The notes under the pieces were generated by a model. That model was not told the DNA's origin, searched no databases, and worked only from the letters and a program-made list of their open reading frames with translations. A DNA stretch of 64,000 nt, taken from assembly GCF_006345805.1 (NCBI RefSeq), contig NC_043009.1:64666001-64730000 (forward strand). The letters run 5' to 3'. Positions 21,125-34,264 of the stretch are shown here, piece after piece (the stretch's first letter is position 1; the number at the start of each line of letters is the position of its first letter). Source of the DNA: Octopus sinensis (lineage: Eukaryota). The position numbers and the translations under genes are program-made.

Positions 21125-21219
21125 TTTTACTTCTCACTGTATGTTTCTCAGTCGATGACGGCTGAGTTTTTTTGTGTCGTTGCGGTGAGGTTTATCTTCA
21201 GGCACATCTGAAGGGACAC
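21125..21219 (-). pseudogene. CENPC: Repeat exon R7, 95 nt with a 1-nt deletion (pseudo-exon or assembly indel)
   Basis: ttttccatcag|GT GTC CCT TCA GAT GTG CCT GAA GAT AAA -CC TCA CCG...AGT AAA A|gtaagt; one A short versus R4 (GAC AAA ACC). As assembled it reads into TGA. Confidence 0.75.
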
Positions 21220-24035
21220 CTGATGGAAAAACGTTCATGCTTTATAGAGATTTCTAAAAATAATAAACAACTACAAAGAAATATAAGAAAAAAAAAAAAA
21301 CAAGGAACAATGGACGGAAGAAAAAATTAAATGTCAAAAAGAAAAATGAGAAGTGGAGGGGAGAAACAGCAGAATGAGGATAAGATAAGGGCAGAGGAAC
21401 CACCATGGACAGAGCAAGGCCACCCAACCCACCTCTGTTGTGGACAATGAAGAGATGACATCTGCAGGCTGCACCACTGCATATGAGAAAGTGCAGCGTT
21501 AATCCTCAGTTAGGTGAAAGTGCAGGATATTTTAGGAAATATAGATATATGGGCTACATTTATGGGTTTGTCTGGCTAATATCCATCCTGTCTGTCCAAT
21601 CAGGACTGACTCTGGGATATACAAAAACTTGAATGACCCCTAATACAATATTCCATCCATCCAGTTTTGCCACCCACTATTCCTGGGAGGACTGTGGGGG
21701 TAGAGTTCTCCTCAGCCACTTCCTCCAAGGGGTCCTATCAAAAGCAACTGTTGTTACACTTTCCAGCTGGATCCCCAACTGCATCCGTCTGAGACCATAG
21801 CCCTTATCCAACCATTTTGCTGTTGGTCCTACCTTAGGGTCTCCTGCCAGTTGGCCCAGCGTGAAGAATCTGTTTTGTGATTCTTTCCAGTGGCATTCTA
21901 ATCACATGTTCTAAGGGCCAGAGCTGTAGCAGCTTGACCGGGAGAGACTTAATGATCTCTGACCCAACACCCTGTCAAGTAATGTTACTCCAGAGATCCT
22001 TCAGAGAAACCCATTTCGGCCCCTTATATTTTCAATTATATTCTTCTGGTCATTATCCAAAATCCATGGTCATAGGTGAGGACAGGCACAATACTGAATA
22101 TTGAAATTAAAATCCATTTTCTTAAAATATCCTAAAACTGAACAGGGATCAGATCTGTGCCTTTACAAATGCAGTCAATAATTGCAAAAGGTCCCCTAAA
22201 ATATTTGTGCATAAACTTATCTCATTTATAAGAATAAAATGTCCTCCTTAATTAAGGATAAAGAATAATGCCCCTTCCCGAGTCATAGAGACCTATAGGT
22301 CCTGTTTTGGGGTTCCTGGACAGGATGTTAGTCTGTCACAAGATTACTCAGTTTTGCCCACCAAGTGGACCGGAGCAATGTGAAATGAAGAGTTTTGCTC
22401 AAGAACACAACACATCGGCAGGACCCAGGAAATGAAACCACAAATTTACCATCATGAGTCCAGCACCCTAACCACCAAGCCATGTATCTCCACCTTCCTT
22501 TATTTGTACATGATTAAATAAGCAAAAACAATTATGTATCATCATCATCATCATCGTTTAACGTCCGTTTTCCGTGCTAGCACAGGTTGGACGGTTCGAC
22601 CGGGGTCTGGGAAGCCAGGGCTGCACCAGGCTCCAGTCTGATCTGGCAGTGTTTCTACAACTGGATGCCCTTCCTAATGCCAACCACTCCGTGAGTGTAG
22701 TGGGTGTTTTTTACGTGCCACCTGCACAGGTGCCAGGGGGGTCTAGCATCGGCCACGATCGGTTGATACTTTTAACGTGCCACCGGCACGGAAGCCAGCC
22801 AAAGCGGCGCTTGCATCGGCCACGTTCGGATGGTGCTTTTTATGTATACTTGTCATTAAGCAAAGAGAAGCTATTATATACATGTGTATGCCTGTGCGTG
22901 TGTGTGTGTGTGGTGTGTGATCATCATTTAATGCCCATCCTCCAGGTTGACATGGGTTACACAGTTTGACAGCATCCAGCAAGACACAGGGCTGTGCCAA
23001 GTCCCAGTGTTGGCTTTGGCATTGTTTCTATGGCTGGATGCCCTTTCTAATACCAACCACATCAAAGTGCATACTGGGTGCTTTTTTTAAATCTTTATAT
23101 ATAAAAGAGAGGTTGTGTCCTGTCTCTCTCCTACGATTTAGATTCCTAACTACTCCCACATTTTGCGGTGCAGTTTAACCAAAACCGGGTATCTTATAGT
23201 CGTGATTCATATTGAGCCCTTCTGGGTATTAGCGCGCGTCTACGATGAGTCTACGATTTAAAAAAAAATTCACCATCATTTTTTAAATAATTTACCATCA
23301 TTTGTTTCCATTTTAATGCATTTTTTCGCTATTATATAAGGGAAGTAACTCTCTAAAAATGTCTACGATGAGTCAACGATTAAAAAAAAAATTTACCATC
23401 ATTTTTTTCTCATTTTTAATGCATTTTTTTGCTATTTTTTTGGCTATAACTCTCTAAAAATGTTTATATAGTTATTTCCCTTACAAACCCGAGCAACGCC
23501 GGGCGATACTGCTAGTATATATATAACTTACTTTTGCTTTTCGATGTCTGTTTAGCAGTTGGTGATGGCTGGGACATTTTGTGTTTTGAAGGTGAAGATT
23601 TGTTTTCGGGCAAACCTGAAGGTACACCTGAGGTACACGTCATAGCTATTTCAGAAAATGCTGAACAACAAAAGAGAAACAAGGAAAAGAAAGAAAATCA
23701 CAGGTAATACAATAAAAATAAGGTGAGGAAAGGAATGAAAAAATAATAGTGAGAAAGAGTAGAATAAGAGGATGACTATAGATGCATGGTTTAGATAGAT
23801 CAAAAGATTTGCTGGTTGCACTCATTCAGTTGGCTACTTCAGGTATCATACACACCATCCCAATGAGACCTGGCCCAAAGCTGTATATCAAACCTTAATA
23901 TAATTTACATTTGACAGATACTTGTCCTCATCTTGTTTGTTGTTAACACAGCATTTTGGCCGATATACCCTCCAGCCTTCATCAGGTGTCTTGAGGAAAT
24001 TTCAAACCTGGCTTTTCATTCCTAAGGTATTTTTC

Positions 24036-24070
<35 letters not shown>

Positions 24071-27000
24071 TAATAATCGAACTCGGAATCTTGGGGTTAG
24101 TGACCTGAATATAATAATAACATTGAAAAATACCTTAGGAATGAGAACCCAGGTTCAAAATTTCCCCAAGACACCTGATAAAGGCTGGAGGGTGTATCAG
24201 CCAATACGTTGTGTTAACAACAAACAAGATGAGGACAAATATCCGTCAAATGTAAATAATGTATCAATCTTCTTCTTCGCAACAAGGGAGTGTATGCAAT
24301 AGAATATAGAAATAAAATATCACAGAATTTGTTTCAGCAACTCTAGTTTTACTGTTTTCTCAATGATGTTAACACTTTTTACATCATTGATGGACACAGA
24401 TACATACACAGACACAAATATATGTATATTTACACAAACACACAAACGCTACAGGCATCTGCCCATTATCTGTTTACCAAATTCTAACCTCAAGGTATCA
24501 ATCAACCCAATCTTCATCATCAATCATTAACCTCCATTTTTCATGCTGGCATGGATCACATGGTTTAAGAGGAGCTGCACCAGGTTCCATTGTCTGTTGC
24601 GACATGGTTTCTACGGCTGGATGCCCTTCCTAACGCCAACCACTTTAAAGAGTGTACTGGGTGCATTTATGTGGTACCAGCACAGATGCTTTTTACCAAA
24701 GGTATCATAAAAGGCATTAAGGTAACATGCAATGGGATTCGACTCAGAACCATGTGGTAGTGAAAAGAATTTAACAACACATTCATTCCTGCCAGAATTC
24801 CTCAACCACTTTCATGCTTCGGCCCACATCCCTGTGCTTCAACCTTTAATCTAAACTGCTCAGTAACGAATTTTTTCTGCAATTTTAGGATTTATAAATC
24901 TAGCTTCATAAGATGCTAAGGTTAAATTCAAATTACGATGAAAGTAAACGAAGAAAGTTTGCCTTAGAAGCGTTGAGATGTTTTGAAAGATTCAGAAATG
25001 ATTTATCCTCAGACACATGATGATGCTGATAGAATAGCATGGATAGGATAAACTAGCCATATATTGCAGGAACTTACTTTTAGTTTTCAATGTGGATTTA
25101 GCAATTGGTGATGGACGAAGTTTTTTGTGTCGTAAAGGTGAAGATTTTTCTTTGAGTACGCCTGAGGGTACTGCTGGGGAAAAAATTTCGCATTTTATGG
25201 ATATTTACAAAAATAATGAACAAAAGAAGAAAAAAAAGGAAAATAAAGTACAAAATAAAAGAAACAAACAAAAGAAAAATGTAACAAAACAAACGTAAAG
25301 AAAGACTAGAAAGAAAGAAAGAAAGAAATAAGGAGAGAATGAGAAGACTATACTGTGGGACAACAACTGACATGCCGAGGCTAAGTCCACCTCACTCAGG
25401 CTAAGTCCACCTCGCTCATTACCACTGTCGCTCCCACATAAACAACTTTAGTCCCTCCAGCACTGCCAACAGCCCTGTGATTTAATCACAAGATCCAGTT
25501 CAAAGTAAGGCTGAAAAATCCTTTATTAAACATACCTGCATAATATGCATCAAAAAAGACTGAGAATTATTTCTGCCACCTTTCCGTCAAGTTTCTTTTG
25601 GTATTTCGTTTTATCTTCTTTCAGTTATTCTTTACTCTATTTACTCTTCTTATTCTCACAGACTACCATTCATTATTCTTTTGTCTTCTCCATAAATTTC
25701 ACCCATTTTTTTTTTAACTAAAGATAAAAATTCTTTAATACTGAATGCTACTCTGTAACTGGTTTCAGTCATTGGAATACAACCATGTTGGGGCACTGCC
25801 TTCAAAAGGCTTCAGTTGATCATATCAACCCACAATTGCTTTCAGTTTGGCATTTATTTTATCAATATCTATTTGTCAAATTGTTAAGTCACACTTTTTG
25901 ACAAAATATCAGTGTTTTTTTCTTAAGCACTGGTAAACACAGACACAAAAATACACACACACACACACACAGAGACATATGCACAACAGGCTTCTGTACA
26001 GTTTTCACCAACCAAATTGCAATCTTAAGATATCAGTGATCCTGAAGCTACAGTAGAAGACACTTACCCAAGGTGCCATGCAGTGAGATTGAACTCAGAA
26101 CCACATGATTCTATAGCAATCTTGTTAACCACAAAGTTATATACATAAAAACTTACTTTTACTTTTCAATGTATGTTTAGCAGCCAATGGTGGCTGAGGT
26201 CTTTTGTGTCGTGATGGTGGGGTTTTGTCTTTGGCTTCACCTGAGAGTACAAAAAAAAAAGAAACATGGGTGTTTTATAGATAATGCAGAAAATATTAAC
26301 AACAAAGAAGTAAAAAGAAGCAATGGAAATAAAGCAAGAAGAAAAATGAAAAATAGAGGGAAAACGAAGAAAGAAAAGAACAAAGGAACAGCAACTGCTA
26401 CACAGTGTCCAAGTCCACCTTGTTCACCTCAACTGAGGCCATCATATGACTCAATAGATTTTCAGAAACATTGGATAGCAGAGAGATTGCAATACTTGCT
26501 ATGGTAAAAGACAGATAATGTTTGTGTGAAAAGAGCAATGCCATGGAATTGTTTCAGTCATTAGACTGTGGCCATGCTGGGGCACCACCACTGCATGTCA
26601 GAATGTGCAGCATTGGATCACGGCCAGCTGGAGAAATGCCATATGTAGGTCATAGCTGCATGCTTGGGTGCCATATAGGCCCTGCTAAATCAGAACTGAC
26701 AAAAGGTTAACCTCCACCAGTATTTGTATATTTTAATGATTTTATTCAAATTAAAATACATGCTGGTACAACCAAAAAAAAAAGTACCCAGTCCACTCTG
26801 TAAAGTGGTTGGCATTAGGAAGGGCATCCTACTGTAAAAACCATGCCAAAACAGACAGTGGAGCATGGCCCTGTCCTCTGGCTTACCAGTTCCTGTCAAA
26901 CACTGTCCAATCCATGCCATCACGGAAGACAAATGCTAAATGATGATGGAATAGGAAACATAATTGAAGTTCAAATACTACAATAACAGTTATACAATTA

Positions 27001-27566
27001 GGGAGATGTACTTGCATAGAAAGTGACTTGATCTGAGATTGTGTGCTGAAACGAAAACAATTGCAGCGTGGAAGGTGTTTGTAAGCCATTTAAGAAACAC
27101 ACAAAAGCCGTTCGATTCACTTCAACATTTAAGTTTAATTTGTCAAAATATTTTCGTTGCTTTAAGACCGTGACCTGTTCACTGACAAAAATCTGAGATG
27201 CATCTACAATTGTTTAGGCTATAAGCCCCCACCACACACAATCTCTTTCTCTCTCTCTCTCTTTATATATATATATATTTATTAAATATAGCCACAAAAC
27301 ACGTGTCGTTATTCTACCAAACATATATGTTTTTATTATTATTTTGCAATTTACTTAAACATTGGTATATTATTGTTATTTTACTTCTAATATTTCTATC
27401 ATATGTAATTTTCTAGAAGGTGTAATTTAATTGTTCATTTTGAATTGATAAAAGGTGGGATTTTTCTAATTTATATATATATATATTATATTTTGTGAAA
27501 TTTGATTTGGTATTTCTAAATTGAATTTTTCCCTGTAAGTTAGAAATAATATTCCTCTAAAATAAT

Positions 27567-27602
<36 letters not shown>

Positions 27603-30600
27603 ACGGAGATGTACTCGCATAGCAAGTGATTTGATCTGAGATCGTGTGCTGAAACAAAAACAATTGCAGCATGGAAGGTGTTTGTAAGCCATTTAAGAAA
27701 CACACAAAAGCCGTTCGATTCACTTCAACAATTAAGTTTAATTTGTCAAAATATTTTCGTCGCTAAAATCCGCAACCTGTTCACTGACAAAAATCCGTGC
27801 TGCTGATATATATATATATATATATTACAGAGATATTTAAAACTATTCACCATGGAATTCATTACAATATTTGTTGTAAATGCTCAAAGCTGACAGTAAA
27901 ACAGTCAGAGGCACTATTAACAATAAGTGAGTAGGGAAGAGTACAAGGCCATCAGGGATAGTCACTAAGATACTTAAAATATCTCTCAAAGTAGGTCATG
28001 TGCTAGTTGGTCTCTCAGTTAATCAGGCAGCACAGACAGCTGTCACACCCAATGATTTGCACACCTGTATCATTAGGTACAACAACGATATGACAATAGC
28101 AAAGGAGAAGAACTAAAGAGAGGTCACCACTGAAGCACCAAAATGATTGGTGAGATTGTGAAAGTCAGTGTGTTTATAGCACAAGGGGTTAGGAACAGAA
28201 TTAACTGGGAAGGGATGCTGAGGCCAGTGTCAAAGGGAGACAACTGCGGATAGGATCTTTTACTTGTTTCAGTCATTTGACTGTGGCCATGCTGGAGCAC
28301 CGCCTTTAGTCGAGCAAATACACCCCCAGGACATTCTTTGTAAGCCGAGTACTTATTCTATTGGTTTCTTCTGTTGAAAGCTAAGTTACAGGGATGTAAA
28401 CATATCAGCATCGGTTGTCAAGCGATGTTGGTGGGGGGTAAAAACACAGACACACATATATATACAATGTCTTCTTTCAGTTTCCGTTTACCAAATCCAC
28501 TCACAAGGCTTTGGTCAGCCTGAGGCTATAGTAGAAGACACTTGCCCAAGGTGCCACGCAGTGGGACTGAACCCGGAACCATGTGGTCAGTAAGCAAGCT
28601 ACTTACCACACAGCCACTCCTATATTTAGTATAAAGCCTTTGTGTCAAGTATGTGACAACCTAGAGAAGGCATTTGCTAAGATCCCACGTTCTGCAGTCT
28701 GACAGTGAATTAGGAAACAAAAGGTAGATGAATGACTCATTAGAGCCACTCAAGCCATGCACAAAAGTACAATCAGCTACGTGAAGAGTTAGCAGTGAAT
28801 TCAGCAGAAAATTTAGCATGCAGTTAATGATCAGTTCTTAGTCATCTACAGGGGGGGGGTTTTTTTTTTTTTTTTTTTGGTTTCCCATACCAGAAGAGTC
28901 CAAGACTAGCATTTAATGAAAAATGCCATGTTCTGAGGATTTGTTCTTACAGCTGAAAATGTAAGAGAGTTAGGCAATTCCAGGCATGAGAGCAAAACCT
29001 ACAATTCAGGAGACCTCAAAACAAACTTAACAAAAACTAAAGTTTTAGTAAAAATAAGAAAGAACGCAGCACCCTGCTTGTATCAGGAAAATTACATTGA
29101 TTGATCTATAGGAAGAAAAGAAAGACAAGTAGAAATTCCAGTGTACCCAGAATAAACTATGGGTGAACAAGTGACGTTATAGAAAGCTCACCAGCAGACT
29201 GGCAGAGAAGGTAGGCCTTAAAACTGTGGCAGATGGAGATTATTGTAAGAATTAACCCTTTCGTTACTGCATTTCTGTTGAGATCCTCTCTGTTTCTTTC
29301 AATTACTTTAAATATAACAAAGAATTTAGTAAAATAACTTAGTTATCATTCAGCTAGTGTTAGGAACATAAATTGTGACTAAAGTTTGGTGGAAGATTTT
29401 AATTCAAAACTTATGAAAATAAGACATTTATATACAGAGCCGGTTTCAGCCGGGTTGGTAACGAAAGGGTTAATGTAAAACCAATTCTGTTAAATACTTG
29501 GAAGACTCCCTTGAAGTAGTTGAAAGCCTTCGCTACTTAGATTACCGAATTAACAGTGAAGATGGAGGCTTCAAGAGCACTGTAACTGAAGCAAGAAATT
29601 GCAGGAAAAGTTCCAGGAGTTACCATTTCTGTTGGTAACAAACTGCTTTTCTCTTCCATGGTAAATGACAGATAACAATGTTTGTGTGAAAAGAGCAACG
29701 CTGCATAATAAGAAGGGTATGGACTTGCTTCAGTCATTAGACTGTGGCCATGCTGGGGCACCATCTTGAAGAATTTTAATCAAATGAATCAATGCCAGGA
29801 CTTTTGGCTTTTTGCATTGAAGCCTGGTACTTATTCTATCAGTCTCTTATACTGAACCACTAAGTTATAAAGATGTAAACACACCAACACCAGCTGTCAA
29901 GCAGTGGTAGGAAACACTCAAAGAAAAACACACACACTAAATATAACCCATGCTAGCATGGAAAGCGGACGCTAAACGATGATGATGATATAGTTACGTA
30001 TATATATGTATATATATATTTATTTACCTATGTATATATGTGTGAATGTATATATATATATATAAACAGTTTTCTTTCAGCTTCTGTCTACCAAATCCAC
30101 TTACAAGGTTTTGGTCAGCCCAAGGTTATAGTAGAAGACATTTGCTCGAAGTACCATGCAGTGGGACTGAACCTGGAACTTCTAACCACACAGCCACGCT
30201 TATGCTTTAATCATTTTACCTCACTAATCCTCTGCCCAATTCACTATACCACATGGGTCATGGCAGATGGTATTCCATTCCACCACCACCCTGTCGCACT
30301 GCATCTTTATTCCATCACAACCATCTGTGTAATGAGAGAAGACATGAGAAGCATTTCAATTCAACAACGCCCTACCAATACCACTCTTTGCTCCTGGGTA
30401 TCACCCTCCTCACCATCACCCTTAGTGGTGGCATCCGTCCCTTTCTTTCATAATTATCTGTCATTATTGTTATCCTGCAATCGTCCTCCCTCCTTCTCTC
30501 CCCCTCACACACACACACACACACACGCATACATGTCACTTACTTTTATTCCTCAAGGTCTGTTTCTCAGGTGATGTTGTCGGAGGTTTTTTGTACCGAG

Positions 30601-33600
30601 AAGGTGAGGATTTGTCTTGCGGTACACCTGAGAGAACAAAAGAATTTCATAATTTACAGGTAATTCTGAACAACAACAACTTCAATGGAAACCGGAAGAA
30701 AAACAGAAGGAAGAAACAAAAGAATGGAAAGTAAAAAAATAGAAAAAGAGTTAAATCTCTTTACAAACACCAACCAATGGTATGGTCACTCAGAAAAAAA
30801 AAAAATCTATGTAGTGCTTTTAACATTCCAGTGAAACGATAAGGAAAATGGTCATCTGTGGATGGTACCCAGTTATTGGAGCAGTACCTAGGTACCACAC
30901 ATTACCACACATCCGTTGACCAGGGTCTAAAGGGTTGTTTTAAGATTCTCATAATGCATCAACATCATCGTCACTTTCCCATGTTTGCATGCGTTGGATG
31001 GAGTTTATTGAGAGATATTTTCTACAGCTTTATGCCCTTTTGTCAGTAACAAGGGTGGGAAGTAAAGTAAAGGGACCTTCTCAAGTTATGCTGAGTCATA
31101 AGGACCAGTTTCCTGGTTCCCATGGTGTATAAATTCCCCTCTTGGATAGGACGCCAGTCCATCGCAGAGTTACTCATTTTTGCCATTTGAGTGGACTGGA
31201 GCAGTGTGAAATGAAGTGTTTTGATCAAGGACACAGTGCGTTACCTGGTCCAGGAATTGAAACCACAATCTTACAATCATGAGCCCAACACCCCAACCAC
31301 TAAACCATGTACCTTCACGAGGAGTGGGAGGAGTAAGGGAATAGATAAAGCTGGAATGATGATAGAGTAAAACTTTAAATGTGGTGAGCTGGCAGAGATG
31401 TTAGCATGCCAGGCGAAATGCTTAGTGGTATATCATCTGCCGCTACGTTCTGAGTTCAAATTCTGCCGAGGTCAACCTGGCCTTTCGTCCTTTCGGGGTC
31501 CATAAATTAAGTACCAGTTATGCACTGGAGTCGATATAATCAACTTAATCCGTTCGTCTGTCCTTGTTTGTCCTCTCTGTGTTTAGCCCCTTGTGGGTAG
31601 TAAAGAAATAGGTATTTTGTCTATCTTTACGTTATGAGTTCAAATTTCATTGAGGTCATCTTTGCCTTTCATCCTTTCTGGGTTGATAAATTAAGTACCA
31701 GTTACGCACTGGGTCAATCTAATTGACTGGGACCCCTGTCCAAAAATTTCAGGCCTTGTGCCTAAAGTAGAAAAGAATAAATGCCATTACCGAGGCGGTG
31801 AGCTGGCAGAAACGTTAGCACGCTGAGCAAAATGCTTATTGGTATTTCGTCTGTCTTTACTTTCTGAGTTCAAATTCCACCAAAGTCGACTTTGCCTTTC
31901 ATCCTTTTGGGGTTTATAAATTATCAGTTGTGTACTGGGGTCAATCTAATCGACTTCTCCCCCACCTCCCCCAAAATTTTGGGCCTTGTGCCTTGGAGTA
32001 AAACTTGATGACTATATGTGTATTTGTTAACTTACTTTCTCTTTTGTAGTTCAATGTATGTTTAGCAGTTGGTGATGGTTGAGGTTTCTTCCGTTTTAAA
32101 GGTGAGGACTTTTCTTGGGGTACACCTGAAGGAAAAGAATAATAAATTTAAAGATATTTCGGGAGATAAGGAACAACAACCAAAGATAAAGGGGAAAAGG
32201 ATGGAAAAGAGAGAAAAAGAAAGGAAAATAGAAGAAAAGAGGAAGAATAGAAAGGAAAGAAAAATAATTTAAATGAATTTTCTTTTTTTCAACATGCAGA
32301 GAATAAAAGAAGAATGGCAAAATAAAATAAGAGAAAAAAGAAGATAAAATGGTAAAACTGGTTGTTTGACAAATTTTTTCCTGTTTTTGAAAATTTATCA
32401 GAAACATCAAAAGTTGCAGGATTATTTAGATATGATGAGATCAACACTTGCATCATTTTAACATTGCAGGCATCATCATCATGAAAGGGAGGAGGAAGAT
32501 GGGAGGGAGAAGAGGAAGGTGGAGGGGTACAGTAGAAGGCTAAAGAAGGAAAAGTGAAGAGAAGGGAGAAAGGTAGAGGTAGAATGAAGAGAAGACGAAT
32601 GAGAAGAGGAAGGGGATATGCAGAGGAGAAAGAGGAAGAAGATGTGTGGGGAGGAGGAACTCACTTTTACTTTTCAATGTCTGTTTAGCAGTTGGTGATG
32701 GCTGAGGTTTTTTGTGTCGTAAAGGTGATGACTTGTCTTTGGGTACATCTGAAGGTACATCTGAAGAAAAGAAAAAAAATTTCAGATTTTACAGGTATTT
32801 CCGAAAAAAAAATGAACAACGCTTATAGGCGCAGGAGTGGTTGTGTGGTAAGTAGCCAGTCGAGGCGGCGATGGCAGTGTTTGATTTATTTAAACAGGTA
32901 AGATGACAAACCTTTATTTTTTTCTGCAGATCTGCCACCACTTTCTGGTTTCTTTACAATCTTCGTAGACTTTTTGAAAGTCTTTTCATTCTCTTCAATA
33001 AGAGACAAGTTGGTATCAAATACATCAAAGTAGCGTGTCTGGACTGTTGGTTTATGAACCCCAAATGCAGAAATCATTTTTCTGGGCGACTCTTTAATTT
33101 TCTCTGGACTAGCGCTGAAGCTGTCAGGAAAAAAAAAAAAAAAGGGAAAATTCCAAATACAAATTAATAAGATCTGATAGCTTCACAACAGACAAAGTAT
33201 ATCACTAACCAAGTTGTGATCTCTGTGCATCCATGTGTGTGTATTACAGAATGGACTAAACAGAACAAGATACACATGGGATGGAGAGTCACCAAAGAGG
33301 TCACAGGATGTGATGAAAGCTTTCAGAAAAGACACTAAAATAGGAACAATAATAAAACTGAAGTGAACACTAAGTATATACTGCAGGTGGTTAACAGACA
33401 AAAACAATATGACCATTCCCAAATATCATCATCATCATCATCGCTTAACGTCCGTTTTCCATGCTAGCATGGGTTGGATGGTTCGACCAAGGTCTGGGAA
33501 GCCAGGTGGCTACACCAGGCTCCAGTCTGATCTGGCAATGCTTCTACAGCTGAATGCCCTTCTTAACGCCAACCATTCCGTGAGTGTAGTGGGTGCTTTC

Positions 33601-34207
33601 TATGTGCCACCGGCACAGGGGCCAGGCCAGGCTGGCAATGGCCACGATCGGTTAGTGCAACTATATATATATACACACACATATGTAAAGTACAGTGACA
33701 CATTATGGTTAACCTAGAGATACAAAAGAGATAAGTGACAACAAAAAGATAATAGAAGGAAAGAACAAAAGAAGAAATTGCGGAAGTTACCTTTCTGACA
33801 CTGTCATCTTCCTCTTTTTTCTGGTTGATACAGCTTCTGGCAAAACCTGTGGAGAATATATAAGATGACATCGTAGAATATGGAATATAATTATTCACTT
33901 TTATATATATGTATATATATATATATATATGCATACAGGGTGGCCCCAAATGTGGGTTTGCAGTTATCATGTAGGCACTTTAAATTTCTTTTAAAACATT
34001 TTATTACATTTAAATTTCTATCTTTCAATTAACTAAATTAGCATAGAATAATGGTTTCATATTTTTTTTATAATTGAGATCTAAACTGTTGATATATGAA
34101 TGCGAAAGAGAGAGTTGAAGAATTGGAAATCTACTTTTGGGCCACCTTGTATATATACATGGCCTTGCTTTTTGCTTTTTGAGCCCAAAAATTAACTAAC
34201 TAACATA

Positions 34208-34264
<57 letters not shown>

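Noticed and set aside
21125-32760. Recurrent 90-bp units as a CRISPR-like array or dispersed transposon
   Set aside because: Units are bounded by AG/GT, preserve frame on the gene strand and are kilobases apart; they are exons in a eukaryotic genome
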